DNA of 64,000 nucleotides from Flectonema sp. DT1601. Taxonomy: Eukaryota. Below the pieces are notes generated by a model. That model saw only the letters and a program-made list of their open reading frames with translations, had not been told where the DNA came from and did no database searches. Of the stretch, positions 31,001 through 46,150 are shown in pieces. Where the stretch lies: positions 1 to 64,000 of the forward strand of contig OZ025784.1 in assembly GCA_964019425.1 (NCBI GenBank), given 5' to 3'. The position numbers and the translations under genes are program-made. The stretch's first letter is position 1. Every line of letters starts with the position of its first letter.

Positions 31001-34000
31001 GTGATCCCAGAACCTGTTGCGTGAAACGTAATTATAAGTTGCTCTACTACACCTGCTGAAGGTGCTGTTCCTTCAAGATAGAGTCCTGAGAATAAAGCAA
31101 TTGATGAATTCATTCTGACAGAGATAATCGAAGTTGTCGCGGAAACTGATTTCAATACAAAGACGTTGCCGCTTACAGTGCGGACATCTTTAATTGTGTC
31201 TGTGAAGACCCACCACTTTGCGTATATAATTGGTTTTGATGTGCTAACGGCATTCGCTACTATTTCCACATCAAATGTGTCGGACGAATTTTCAAAAAAA
31301 TTAACAATTTTTGGAGAGCCGGTACTCGGAGAGCACTTCAACTCAACTGCTTCATATTTCCAGGTCAACACCGAACTTTGAGAATCTGAAGATCGAAACG
31401 ATTCCGGACCTGCACCCCACGTTGAATGAAACGTAAATTGACATCCATAACAAGGTTTGTTGGGTCTCATAATCCATCTTGCTCCCCACTTGTCACCATC
31501 AAGTATTTGTGAAGGATACTTAAATACGCTGCAGTCGTTTCCATTCGATGATATGAAAGCACATTTAGGAGACCCATCAGCTAATAATTGTAACATGTCT
31601 CTGTTGGTTGCTCCGTCATTGGACAGTCCGGGTTCGTAAATGAGAGCGAAGAATTCACCAAAGTGATACTCATCTCTCACAAAGATACTGCCGACATGTG
31701 TTCCAGGTTCCACCGTTACAATAATCCCTTCTCTTATAACAGAAATCTTTTTATCAAAAGAAGTCGTCAGAGTCGACGCTGGTATCCTTACTGGTGATAC
31801 AACGTAACCTTTTACATCACTAACAGCAGTCGAAGTATGCGACAGTTTGAACAGTAATTTGCATCCTCCAGTAAACCGACTACACTTGTTATCAGCAACG
31901 TAAACTCTAAAGTTAATAAATAACGAAACACCATCTTCATGAAGAGAACTGTTCACAAGTGTCGACAGGGATGCTACAGATGTCGAGTATACATCAGTCA
32001 GAGGAACACCGAGTACTTTTGATAAAGTATCAGTTTCATCAACTAAAGCAGTTACTGACCATCCAATCAACGACGACTGATGAAGTGGTATTTGAATACC
32101 ATTTGAGTTGAATAAATGAAACCTAACCTTGTAAGGAATCAAACAATCGATATACGATCCCTCTACTGCCTTGATTGAGTTCATCTCTTGTACTGAACTT
32201 TTAATAAATCCAGGGGACGGTACCCTCTCACCAGCCATCTCCAACTTAACATCAAGAGGCATCACCGAAACAAATCGAACCTCAGCGGGTAGTAGTCTCT
32301 TAATTTGAATAATAAATCGAGTCCATGAGTCTCCATATGTCACATTTAAAAAAATAAAACCAGATATTTCAGAAACCAAAAGGTGAGGTGTAAATGAAAA
32401 GGTAAAAACCCCTTCGTGGTTCCAAGAAACAGATTTTGGAAGAGGTTCAAGAGACCTTCCGACTAAAATATCGACTTCACTAGGAATCGAACTTGTTTGA
32501 TAATCGAAGTACGAGTACGACAACGAAATAGTTCCGTTTGGAGCCAACTCCGGTGCTTTCCGAAATGCTTGAAAAGCAATCGAACAGAGCTGACCGCCAA
32601 AACAAGTTTTCATAAAACACTCCGCGTTAGTGTCCCCGCAGTTATTTGTGTTCTTCGGAGAAATAAACTTCTCCGACATAGTAGTGACCGAGTCAATAGA
32701 AATAAAGTAAACAGATCTCTCTTGAATATTAATCCAATATGACGACGAAAGCAGAGAATTGCTGTCGGCAGAGAATCGAACTCCGCAACCAAAGTCATTG
32801 TTCGGACAAACAGATCGATACTGGAGTCTCATTACTAAGAAACCATTTATCATAACTTGACGTAGTCCGTTAGTCGGCCAACCATAGTTGGCAGAGTGAG
32901 TACCGCTGCAGGTACCGAGTCCAATGACTTTAAATGGAACACCGATTTCGGTATCCGGACCGTACCAAAGACTACATTGTAATCCACTCATAGTAGTAGC
33001 AGAAGCACATCTCTGAACATCAACAACATGAGATCCGAAAGGTACGATAACTCCTCCTGTAGTCGCAACACGTATTGTGTATGTGACGGTACTACCGCTA
33101 GACAGGAGTGGTGTTCTCGAGACTTTCTGTGATAGCGGACTTGTGATATTTATTATCGGAATCGACATCACCGAATACCGAGTCGAGATGTCCGTCAGAT
33201 TCGTGAATTCCGTGAACTGCAGTTCCGAATCGAACGACACGTCTGTTGAGACAGAGAGCATTGCTGCTTGACCAGAAGACTTTGATCTCCAGTACCCACT
33301 ACCACCTCCGTTTTGTAATGGTCCATTGTTATGTAATTGATAAACAATTCCTTGTTTTGAAACTCGTTTTGATCCGAATGTGGAATCAAAGAAAGCTGGT
33401 GTTGCTTCACCAGCTTTGTAGACGCAGATTTTAAACCTCTCCGACAATCCAGAATACACAGGAGGTAGAGTGAATGAATTCAGTAACGTATTCCACACCA
33501 TTGATGTTGTGTTTGAGACTCTCAGTAATTGAAACCAATCAGAAGGAGACGATCTATCAGCTGGAGATGAACACATTTCAGAACCATTCACAACAGTTAT
33601 CAGATCAGTAGTAAACCCGCCTGAGTTTTGATCAAAGCAGGCAATCCCTCCTCCTATTTCCTGATTAAATGAACACCAAGACGCCAACGATGTCTCAGTC
33701 CCACTCTGACTATCTTCAGTCGTGACTCGCATATCCAAAGCTGAAATATTAGTGCCGGCAGAGTCTGCTTCAAATTCTAAGAAGGAAGGATGAGAATAAA
33801 GAAAAGAATGTCCGCCTTCTGATGGTATCCACATCCAAGGCTGTTCTACAAGTAAAGAACTGTGTGATATTCGATAACAAACTTTATACTGTCCTGGTGA
33901 TAACGGAATGTGAAATGATGCGAATATCTTTGTATCAGACCCAGACTGGCTAGACAATGATGGACACACAGCGGTCGATCTACTTGTTGAGCTTAGAGAG

Positions 34001-37000
34001 CAGTCAGAGAAATGATTGGTGGCGGAGTCCACAGCAGGTCCAGAGCAATCACCGTCTTCCAACGTCTCCCAAGAGTCTACTTGTCCCCATGTCGTGCTCT
34101 CTGATTCAGGAAGTCTGTGTGAAGGTTGTTTAACCAAAACTAGTTTAAAATCATTCGAACTCGTCACAACATCAGACGATGAGTAAGAATTAAACCAAAA
34201 CCCAACAACTCGATCCACTGCCCCAGAACTACTCGGATTTGATACAAATTGAGTAGCTGCTCCTCCAAGAGCGACAGTCGTACTGTCAACTCCGTTGTAA
34301 AGTGAAAAGTGTGGTGACAGATGTTGATCGAGTGACCAACTTTTAATTAAAGCAACAGATGTGAAGAATGAAGGAAGCAACGTAGTTGGGTTTCTAACAA
34401 CAAACTGATTTGGAATTTGAGATCCCTGAGAGACTTCTACCCAACGGGGGTGTTGATCAACAAAACTGAAGACGGACTTGACACAAACTCGATACTCAAC
34501 TCCGACATCATTAGATGTCTGTGGAAGTGTTGTTTTTATGATCGCCACATCTGTGGGTCCATTAGCAGGTCCAAGATCAATGATTCCAAATCTCGAATTG
34601 TCATGTTCGAGTCCGACATGAAGCGACTTTCCTCCGTAAAACGCCACATATCGATCACCAGAACTACAAACATCTCTGATGCTAATAATCTTCACAGCGT
34701 CTTTACCATTATCAGTATCAAAAGTTTCACTATTAGAAGAAGGATCACAAATTCCTGATTGCGATTGCTGAGTACATTTAATAAAACTGATTACTGATAA
34801 GGCACTGTTAGTCGGTTGATTACCAGCGGTAACGAACCATCTGACACCATTATCAACAATGGAATAGCTACCAGGATTCCACCACGACATTGTTGAGTTT
34901 GTTACGTTGAATGATGATTGGTGTTGGATTTGAACACAGAGATGGTACTCACCAAAATCCAACGGAACTTTCAAAAAGAAATAAGCATTCTCAATACTCT
35001 CACTTTCAAATCTCAACTCCGATGTTGCTGAAGCGATACCGAAAGCGGTACCAAGACAGTTGTTGTTTTCCAATTTCGGATTCGATTTTATGAGTTTTGC
35101 TCTAAATGAATTAACTAACGGAGTACCTATCGTGCTGTTTAATAAACCTTCAGGTATCGATAATTGAAATCTAATCATCTCACCTCCCACTAAGACACTC
35201 CCAGGGGATGGCGTTACAGTTATCGTCACAGCGGGTGTGACTTCCCAGTGTCGTAGAATCATCCAATTAGAGTAACCAGTTTGCTTGTAACATATTTTAT
35301 AATAATTCCCACTAAGGTCCTCAGAGTTATATTCCGGAAGCCTGACGACTGCAGCGACAGAATGGTGATTCCAATAACTGAAGTCTCCAGGAACGATGTC
35401 ATCAAATATGTGAGAAACTTGTCGAAGGTGAGAAGTCAGTTCAGTTGTATCAGCTGCTCCCCAACAGCCGCTTCCTTTGCAGAGTTTCTTTATTGGTTCT
35501 GCTTCTGTGCACGCCGTCTGTTGATAAAAATTATAAAGACCACTGCTATCAAGATTTCCATAACCTTCTGTTGGACAATAAAGAGATAAATAAGTATCAG
35601 CCAATAAAGGATTCCAATTAGAAGGATTTATATCACAATTTGATGACACCAACACCAGTCGCAGAACATCACCTGAATTGTCGCAACCACCAGAACAAGA
35701 GAGTCGTGGAGCAGTTGATAACTCTGACTGAATATCAGTTATTAGAAATAACGTTTCTATTCCTGATCTCGATTCAACAACAGACAGGGTTGGTGTTGCT
35801 GATGAAGTTGTGGACATGACTGATGGCTGAGTCCATTGGTCTCTAGATAAGTAACCTCCGCTAGGCATTGGATTATCAACATCGTTGATAGCGACACGAC
35901 CCCCCCAGGGTGATACTTCTCTCCAATTCCAACCACTCAGTCTAAAACAAATTCGATAATTCGCAACTTCAAAAGGAAGCTGAACATAAAACGCAACGCT
36001 GTTGGCAGTCGCGATGTCTGAGGAAGAACCATCGCAGCCAGTTCCGTGTTTTGATGAATCCGCGTTGTTACATTCGACCATCCCGCCATCTCTGTTTTCA
36101 GAAGCAGACACTTCTGTTTTAAATAAAGGATAGTCACAAGGACTATTAATAGGAACTATTCTCAGTACACTTCCCTTAGTCATCATCACATTGTCTCCTT
36201 CATTCCAACTTCTCACGTGGTTCCATGGCCTCGAATCTAATGTCGCAAGAGTCTGATTTTCTACTGAAATAATAATCGGACCCCAAGTACCTGCTCTCGT
36301 GTCATTAATATACCAACTGACTTCAGGAGGATATGTGAGAGTCTGTTCTCCCCACTTCTGTGGAACCAACATTGTTGAGTACTCACTCAGAGTCGCTGGA
36401 AGATAAATCTCATTCAGGTGAAGCCATTTGGTTGGTGTAGAACCAACTTTTGAATAATGAAATGGAAGTACTCTCATCCCAGTGTGTTGAATGCAGTTAG
36501 AACCTGATGTACAAGTTCTTCGATAACAAACATTCCACTGAGAGTATGAAGTACTCGGAACATAAAGTGATGAATAAGTTAACAACTGAGAATGAGAAGA
36601 GTGATTACCATCTCCAACAGTCGGGTCTCCCATCAGATCTCGAGAAGCCATTCCATGAAGAGCTCCGCGATCGATATATCCAAAAGTGATATCAGATTCT
36701 CGATACCAACAACCAACTGAAGGAGAGGATCCGAAAGGAACACTTTGATCTCTTCCCGAAGACGTCGATTCAGTGAAATGTGTGCTCGCAACGAGTCGGA
36801 AATAATCACCTCCTTGAGGAGACCAATAGTTAGCTCGTCTGTGTTGTCTTACAAGTGGAACAGCTGTTGAGGTGATCGGATCTTCCATTTCACTCTCAGA
36901 AGTAATAGTGCTGAGTTTCCCTCCACCAGAGTCATCGAAAATGATTTCCCCCCAAGTGCCTGGTGTCAGGTCGACCATTGACCAACCAACCTCCTCAGCG

Positions 37001-38381
37001 ATCATCGTGAAATGTGAATTACCACTACCAGACACGCAGTCTGCAGTACAGGAGTATAACTTTCTCCAAACTGGTATTTGGTCGATTCCTGTTCTGTTTT
37101 CTTCTTTCAGAAGTATTCGTTCTTCTCTCGAAGAGAAGCAAATTTCGAACTTGTTCCCAACAGTCTTCGGTAGTCTGACATATGCATACGAGTGTTTTGT
37201 TGAAGATCCAGAAGTTGGTAAAACAGTTAAATTAAAACTGTTGACGTTGTTATAAAGACCCCAACTACTCCAACTATCAACAAGAGGATTACCGTACTGG
37301 GTTCCAAAGATTCCCATCCCACCTGATGTTGATCCTTCGATTAATCCAATGCTACCATCTGAACTCCAGGTTCCGTTGTTTTCGATAAACGAGCTTCCGA
37401 GATACGATTTTAACGGAGATTGAAATTCATAAGTACACGGATTACCTTTCGGTACGATCTTCAAAGAGTCACCAGATCCGCACTCCATCAGTGAATTTGT
37501 ATCAGAACTTCCACAAGACGAGGGAGAGTAAGTGAAATTCCAATGTTCTTCCAAACTCAATAGTTGTATGATGGCATACTGACCAACAGATGGTTCTGGA
37601 ATGTTATACCAGGCGTTGGAAGGTTTCGAAGTAAAAATAAAAACATCACCGACCTGGAATAGCGTCCAGTCAGGAATCTGAGTATCCCAAAAAGGATCGT
37701 CAGCCAAATCTGCTTTGAAACAAATAACGAAAGGTGTTGAAGAAGAGGGAGCATCGATAGTGATATGAGCAGCATCGACGTGAGTTTGATTTGTTTCTGT
37801 TTCGAGAGACAAACCGAAACCATTTCTGGTTTGTAGAGGAGAACTACTTGAGAGGTATTGATTACAATTATCACCACCAGATGAAGCAGACCACTCAAAT
37901 ACTTTCACAGCAACTGACGAGTCATCGCTGGTGTTGAAGTAGTTGGAGGCAGTTCCGTCTGTCGGTGAAATTGTTTTTATTTGAATTCTAACTTCCTGAC
38001 CCTCAACAAAACTATTCGATGAAATATCCATCGAAAAGTTATATCGTCGAAGAGTATTAGAAACTGACATCGAAGAACTAATTGTTGGCAACGACATCGA
38101 CATCGTCATACTCGAAGACGACGTCGGAAGCGACACCGTACGAGATTGTGTTATCGAAAGAGAACTTATCGACTTCGACTCAGAAAACGAACCACTTTCA
38201 GAACCCGACAAAGAATCAGAATAAGAAACAGATTTTGAATTAGAAATTGTTTTTGTTGGTAAAGACAACGATTCCGTAACTGTGTCTGACAAGCTTCCCG
38301 ACTCAGTCAGGGTCACTGTCGCCGTCCCAACACCTCCAACAGCAATTGTCATTAGACACATTCCAATTACAGTTTTCAATA

Positions 38382-38385
<4 letters not shown>
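25049..38385 (-). CDS. Giant (~4,400 aa) Ser/Thr-rich secreted or surface protein with repeated Cys-containing modules
   Basis: N-terminal signal-like peptide, Ser/Thr stalk, repeated (Y/F)x(I/V)C(F/Y) motifs. A predicted GT-AG intron at 25333-25391 joins a Pro/Thr-rich last exon ending in a hydrophobic tail (LFVLLSTLFVVILQL). Confidence 0.85.
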
Positions 38386-38415
<30 letters not shown>

Positions 38416-38544
38416 TTATTTTTATTACCCAACCTGGTAATTATTAATTAAAGAAGAGTAGCAAACCAAAAAAAAAACAAAAAACAACCCATTCGAAGGA
38501 TTTAGAATAACTGTAAAGTTTAAAATCGATGTAAATGAAATTTG

Positions 38545-41500
38545 TCAGGTTAGCTTTGGCAACAAACTAACCGCCACGGCTGAACTACACTTCGCAGAAT
38601 TGATAGTTTTACGTCGGATTTTAATGACTGATGCTGCAGTGTTGCCGGCACCACCAGCACTGTAAGGGTTCCAATGCTTGCGAAGACCAACAGCTTCACG
38701 CATGCAGTCTTTGAGTCGTTTGTCTGTCTGAAGAGCTGCCAATCCAGGAAACCATTGCGGGATATCAATATTATCTCGAGGTGATAGCGTACTGACTACT
38801 AAGAAACTGGATGGATCGATGTAGTTGTAGTTGTGGTCAGGATTCTCAAAATTACTACCAAAACCTGATCTTATCGTCGACATCGTTGCGAAGACGGGTT
38901 CTCGAGTGACAGTTCGACTCCTAGGCAGCTGTTTTCTTTGTGATTCCCGACTCTCAGTTATCATTTCTTTATAAAACGCCGTCCAATATTTAAAGTTGCT
39001 AATCCTTATGCTGATCAACTCATTTTGAAAGAACGTCTGCTGCAGACTTGTGAGAGGTCGCTTTTCACTATTCTGACGACACAACTTCAACAACAGTCGT
39101 CTGTAAGATCTGAGAACCTCTTCAGTATGAGATATGTGAAGTTTGTTTTTAGGATTCGTCACCAAATTCTCTTTCAACTTACGAACATAAAGATTTTTTG
39201 AAATAATCAAAAAGTGAATACGACATTTGATTAGTGCTCTACTACCCTGAATCACATTTACCAACTCTTTGATTGCTCGTAGACAACATCCTTCTTTAGA
39301 CAGCAATAAAGCTCTTTGATACTGGGCTCCCCCTTCCAGCTTCAGTTCAATTCCGACTGCGGTCATTAATTCTGATAACCGCTGCGGTAATGTAGCAAAA
39401 TTAGCAGCTCTCATTGACTTTTTAAGTGCGGTGTATATTCGTATTTTGTAATAAAACTTTACTAAGATTGGATTCCATGATGAAATGAAACAACTCCCAA
39501 ACAGACAATGAGAATGAACACGACGGCTATTTGTCGTCGTTAGTATCGGTTCGATGTTGTCATCGAGTTTGATAGTTTCAAGTTGAAGTTTCTGTTCGAC
39601 TGTTGTGGGAACTTCTGTTGGAGTGATTTTAATAATATTTTGATGTTTATCATCAGCTGGTAACGTGGTGATGTTGTCTGGTTTGGTGTGATGGATAATT
39701 TCATTTTGTATGACAGGAATTGGTTTCTGAACATCGTCAACTTTAACTGATTTCAGAGTCGTAGAAGTCTGTACTGCCACTTCAACAAACAGAACCGGTT
39801 GTTGTCTCACAGGATGATTAGATTCATTTCTCTCTGGTGTTGGATTATCAAATGTTGAACTGAGATTTGAAGTTTTTGTCGTCAGAACATCAGAACTGGT
39901 TGAGCACTCTAATTGTTGGACGACTTCTCTTTTAATTGATTTGCTTTCGATTCTTGCCAGTCTGAGTAAATTCTTTAGTTTTGCTACCTCCTCTTGGAGT
40001 ACAGCTGAGTTCTTCATGAACACTTCCCTCTCACCATCCCACTTTACTGTGTAACTGGCTAGTCGAAGTTCAGATCCTTCTCTTAGTTTCTTTATCGCAT
40101 TGGAGGTTTCCTTTTCGAAGGTTTTCAATTCGTTCGCAGCTTTGATCGAGTTCATTACTTTTTTCCTCAGCTCACTTTCTAAGTTCTCAATCGTAGTGTG
40201 GAGTTTAATGACCTGTTTTTTTATTTTAATGAAAAAATGATTTAAAAAAGACCTCATCTAATTGAGTAACAACATACTTGTGTTTGAAGGTCTGAATTAG
40301 AAGCATTTTGAACCTGCTGAACGTAAGACTTCATTCGTTGTCTCTCAGATTCGATTAGTTTGTCGGCCTCTTCTTGAATTCTCGCGATTTCGATATTACA
40401 TTCCTCACTCAAAGCATCCATCTGTTGTTGATGTTGATTGATACTAATTGTTGGTACTGAAGGAATGTTACTCTTCGGAATAATTTGATTAAAGCTGCTG
40501 CTTAAGAAGGGATCTCCTGAATCTTCGATGCTGGTGCTGCTGATAAGTTGATTAGCTGAACTGCTGCCGAGTACTCCGAGTGACGATTTATTAAATTCAA
40601 TTTGAGAAGTGTCATTTCCATTAGTGTTAGTCAGAGAGACCTCTAATATCAGTCGATTGTGTTCGAGTTGGAGAGCGTTGTGTTTGGTTTCAGATGCTGA
40701 GAGTTGTTCTCTGAGGTTGTTTATCATCTTCTCAAAGTGATCATTTTTATCATTCACAAGAGTTAGTTGTGATAGTCGTTTTCGTTGAGCGTATCGAGGT
40801 GGGATTTCAAGACCGTTCACATGAAACTGTTCGAGAAGATAAGAAATATCACATTCTTGTGTTTCCACTGTTTCACGAAGTTCATTCATCATGTCGTTGT
40901 GAAAGTTTTGAATTTGTTTCATTTCAAGTTTGTGAACATCATTAAGTTCCTGTCGTAGTTCATGGATTCCTTCGTACTTCGATTGTTGAACTTCTAAGTC
41001 GTGTTCCAGAGTCTCGGTTTGGTTGTCTTTGCGTTGGAGTTTTAAACTTATAATCCGAACTTCATTTTCCAATTCTTCAACTCTGGCGAAGGCGCTGTGA
41101 CCTGTCGACTGAGCTGCTTCACTGACCAGGTATTGCATTTCTCTTCTGGTGTTTTCTATTGTAATGTCAACTTGTCTTTGATTGTCTTGGATCTTGTTTT
41201 CCCAAAATCTCCGCTCGTTTTCGTTAATGTCTTTCAGTCGTTGGTTCTCATCGCGGAGTTGCTTTTCAGTCATTTTAGCATCCTGACGAGCGTTGGTCAG
41301 ATCCTTTCGAGTGACTTCAAATGTGAGAATCAAATTATTAATTTTCTTTTGATAAGAAGATGCTTGTGACGTCAGAGAGTCGGATTTTACATCAAATGCG
41401 TGTGAGACCCGTCCTCCTAATCGGAAGGCTTCCTCAGCTATTTCAAAGACCTCCTGCTGGTCTCTCGTTAGTTGGATTACTGTCTCTCGTAGTCCGGGAG

Positions 41501-41813
41501 ATAAAAGATCTAAATCTGATAAGACGCAGGGTCTCTTCGCGACTGATAGCATCGAGTCGAGGACGTTCAGGAGGTCACCAGCGGGTGTGGCTAGCAAGTC
41601 ATTCTCATCTTTGAACGCTTCCATAAAACCATCTCCTCCTTCTCTGAAACTGTTATTAAATAACGTTGAGCTCTTTCTCTGAGCTTTGTCTTGAAGTGGT
41701 TCCATCTCTTCATTGTCAGCTACGGGAAACAGTTCAGTGTCGTCCTCATCAATTGCAACAGACTCTTCCATCGAACTCTTCTTGCGAGTGGAACGTCGTT
41801 TCTTCTTCAACAT
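38545..41813 (-). CDS. Hypothetical coiled-coil protein (two exons)
   Basis: ORFs 40254-41813 and 38545-40257 join in frame via a GTATGT...AAACAG intron at 40213-40277. Heptad-rich E/Q/K/L sequence; start uncertain. Confidence 0.75.
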
Positions 41814-42625
41814 GCGATCGCATTGTTGTCATCACTGATTGGAATGTGTGTGTTTGTGGTTTAGACTTTCATTTTTTAGTACATCACACAAATAATATTC
41901 ACTTCCCATAATAAACGGCTGTCATGAAGGGAAAAAAAAAAAAAAAAAAAAATGAAATCTTCTTTTGTGACAAGGAACGCAAGAGAGAGCTCAACAACTT
42001 CTTCTTGTGAGAATGTACCACGCAGCGGATTGCTAGCATTATCAATCCAATTATTATATCGCCGTTAAAAAAAAAAAAAAAAATGACAAAGTCAAGGAAC
42101 AGAAGAAAAGCAGGTGCAAACAGAAAGAGGCTGACTATGCCAGTGAACGTTGTCTTTCTTTTCTAAAAAAAGAGATAGTGGGTTTTTATACAAATTTATG
42201 CAGGCAGTGGAGAACAACACAACACCGTTCATGGGTAGCGTTGTCGTCACATCTCGCTCAGTGAAACGGAACAATCTAATTGTCATTGATTCCATCAGAC
42301 TTTCCTTTTCTTTTGTTGTTTTTATTTTCCCTTGTTCCATTTTTTTTTTTTTTTTTTATATAAAAAAAGAATTTTTCGTTCTTAACTCTACCAAACATAA
42401 TATATACGCACGCAAAAATTAATACTTTCTCCTCTCTTCATAAAAAAAAAGGCTTCTGCAGGTTATTATCCTCCTCTTCCAAGAAGAAAAACAGATGCCG
42501 CTGTTAATACAAGTTGTCAGGTCAGGTAACTACCTGACTTATTTCGTAAGACGTTTGAAAGCTAATCAAACTGATGAATGATGTGCTTTAGTTTATTAGT
42601 CACCACCAGAAATAATCGGATTTAT

Positions 42626-43173
42626 TTATTCTGAAGTAGTCAAAGTCTCATCAGATCCGTAATTCTCTAACCACTTCTCGATACCTCCCAGGAGGATGCA
42701 AACCTGTGATTTTTGTGTTTGTGATGTCGTTTTGTGTTGTTGTGGAGTAGAGTAAAGAGACACACCTGGGGAATTGAAATCGTCGCCTTAGAAGCAGTCT
42801 GCAAAAGGTACTGAGCCGCAGACTGTGAAAGACCGTCAGCTTGCGCAGAGTACAAAATAATAAGTTTTTTCTCTACCCAGTTTGCTACGTGAGATGGGAA
42901 CTCCGCTGGTGGAATTCTCGCTGCAACTTTAATCGCTCGTCCGCCTTCTGGTCTGCAATCGACGACAACGATGTCATCACTAGAGCTGAGCATTGAATGC
43001 AAGTTGTTGGCTGAGATGGTTTCGATCGTATTCGAGTCTTCTTTCTTCTTTAACCAATCCACAACAAATGTTTGTGGATTCTCTGGTCTCGCTTCAATTA
43101 TCTCCTTCGCCAGGTCATTCAACATCATATGGATGCTGTGCTTGCGGAGGTATTCTTTATCATCTTCATGCAT
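42626..43173 (-). CDS. RIIa/Dpy-30-type docking domain fused to a rhodanese/Cdc25-like domain
   Basis: EYLRKHSIHMMLNDLAKEIIEARPENPQTF (docking motif); ISANNL...VVVDCR. After the intron at 42704-42765 comes VCILLGGIEKW (rhodanese C-terminal motif). Confidence 0.75.
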
Positions 43174-46150
43174 GATGTCTATACCGAGCCTGTTATAACT
43201 TTTTAAATATAAAAAACACGACAACAACACCACAAGATGAACTCCCTTCCACTGTGAGCTATGTGCTTTGAAGAAAAATAATTATTGACATCACTGAACT
43301 GGCCTTCAGAACATTATAACTAACTAAAAGTGGGTAATTGGGACAGGGTAAACGAGGAGCAGAGCGATGTGCGGTAGGGAGGGAATTGTGTGTTAGAAAC
43401 AAAAACAAAACATTGAAAAGAGGAAGAAGGAATTTTGCAATCTTACAAAAACCGAAACACGTCACGATGCTTAGTATGTGAGAGTGTGTAGTGTTTCCAA
43501 CTACTGTAGTATTAAAATACTATAAAAAACTCCTACTAAAAGAGTTAACAAAAAAAAAAAAATGATAATAAAATATTATCATTTTCTGTTTTGTGTATTC
43601 GAACTAACTAAGACAACAGACGAAGGAGTAAAATAACTAAAAAAAAAAAAAAAAAAAGAATTCTTTTTTTATAGAGCGGAACAAAGAGGAAGAAGAGAAA
43701 AAAGAAACAAACAAAAGAAATAAAACTAAATTCATCCATATTCATATACAACAAGGACAGAAATATTTCACGAGTTGAATAGAGAGAAGACAGAATTAAT
43801 CTTTCGAAGATGTAAATCCTTCTGACGTATGACGACGACAGAAAAGAGTAAAACTACAAAAAAAAAAAAAAAAAAAAAAAGTTTCATGAAAAAAGAAAAT
43901 AAAATAAAGTAAACCTGGCACATCAAAAGGTCATTTGGAGGGGAAAAAAAAAAAAAAAAAAAAAAAAGAGAAGCCCTCTCAGTTTGCAACAGACAGAGAG
44001 ACGCAAGTAATTGTGAAAAACTTCTTTTCAACACACACAACAGTAAATACAGTCAGGAAAGTCAGCAATAAACATTAAGTACAAGTATTGCTTTATGTGT
44101 GATAAAGAAAGCTGGGGGGGGATAACTTGATGGGGGGAGAAACATCTTCCCAGAAGACTACACTGCAGGTTTGGCAGATCACAACCTGCAGGCAGAACCA
44201 ATCAAACAGATCTTAGCTAATTGTAATGAACTTCGAGATGGTTAACTACATTTACGTAATCGGTTGACAAACAGTTTTGGGTTTGAAACTGACTTTTCAA
44301 AAAAAAAAAAAAAAAAAAGATAATTTTCAGGAAAACTCCCCCCCTGAAATGATTGCATCGCAATGTCTCGGCATCAGAGCACACCCGAGTCCACACGCGA
44401 TTAGGTAGTGAGATATATTTATATATAAAAAATAAATAAATTTAAAAAAAAAATAAGGGTACTGAATTCCTGATTACACAAGAAAGAGCGAATAGAACAA
44501 TGGATTGCTTTATAAAAAAAAAAATGGAATATACGCCTTGACTTTAAAGCCAGATGTAGCTAACCTGATTCGCTTAATTAGTTCTAGAGAAAGATTTCAC
44601 AAAGATTTCGATGCCCTTTTCTCTGAAAGAAAATAAAAATATCATATAATAAGGGTTACTAACAAAAGAAAAGAGATGACATACAAAGGGCTCTAAGCAG
44701 CAAAAAAACTCCTTTGAGTAGACGAAACCGGCTACAGAACTGAAAAAAAAAATATAATTATATTTTTGTAAGGTAATTAGCGTGACTATTAATTATTTTT
44801 TTAAAACTTTTTTATATTAACAAGATAAGACTGAAAGTGATCATTTTACCCCTTAAAAGGAACACACATAAATACACATAAAATGATTTATGAAAAAAAA
44901 AAAAAAGTTGATTCGGAGAACAAGACTAGGCTTTTTATTCATTTATTTATTCACGAAGCCTAGGAAGCCAAAGCCAGGAAAAAAGCTCACAGGTGTATCG
45001 CTACCAGCAACTCTGAGACTCTCACAGACGTATAAGAGACTTTTGAATCAACCGAAAACTAACAAAAAAAAAAAAAAGTGTCCCAAGAAAAATATAATAC
45101 AATAACCCAACAAAGATCCTGTGTTGGTGTGTGTAAAGGAAAATCTAAGTTATTTGAAAAAAAAAAAAAAAAAAAAAAAAACTCAATTTTTAATCACCTT
45201 ACATAATAATCGGAAGACCCAATAGAGAATACCAATAAAAGCGTAATATCCCTGAATCTCTCTCTCTCTCTCCCTATTCAGGTTATCTATGTGTTAGATT
45301 GTAAATAAAGAGGTTTAATAGAGTCTTGTATTAAGAGACCTTTTTTTTTTAAAAAAAAAAAAAAGAGAGAAAAGAGAAAAGATATGATCTACGGGTTTCA
45401 AGATATTGTTTCCTCTGTACTCGTTGTGTGCACAACATTATTAACAAAAAAAAAAAAAAAAAAAGCTATTATAAAAAAGAGGAAACTAAATGAAACTCAT
45501 GATACAAAAAAAATGGGGTAAATATATGGATGAAGAAATGAAAGAAATAAGAAAAGAAAAGAAAACGATCATTTTACGTCTACGCCGTGGCTTTAAAGCC
45601 AGATGCACTGTAATGTAGTTGCCGCTGTTATACTGAAAAGGGGGGGGAATGGAGACGATACACGGGGAGCACAGTTTCAAGAAAACTACACACTCCCGGA
45701 AGAAGTAAAAAAAAAACAAAGCACCCGACCTCAATGTCCACCTGAGGTTTTTATTTTAAAGAAAACAAAGGGAGCAGCGGTGGGTATGACAAAAACAAAA
45801 AAAAAAAAAAAAAAAAAAAAAAGGGTGCAATTGCCGTCGCAATTGAGGCAAAGCAAAAAAAAAAAAAAAAAAAAAAAATGAAAATACTATAAATTAATCA
45901 CAGCTCAACGCAGAAAAGAGGAAAACGATAGTTATTGTTACCCTCTTTCATTTTATGAGAGAAAGAAGAAAGAAGAGAAGAAAAAAAACTGAATCTAATT
46001 GTTAATTTGCATCTAATTATATAACAAGGGGGTGCTTGAAGGGAAAACTTACTTTTTTTTTCCTTTCCCCAGCAAGGAATCATTCAATAACCAATACTGG
46101 CCGGCCCACAACAATTTCTAATTTTTCAAAAACAATGCAACATATCAAAA

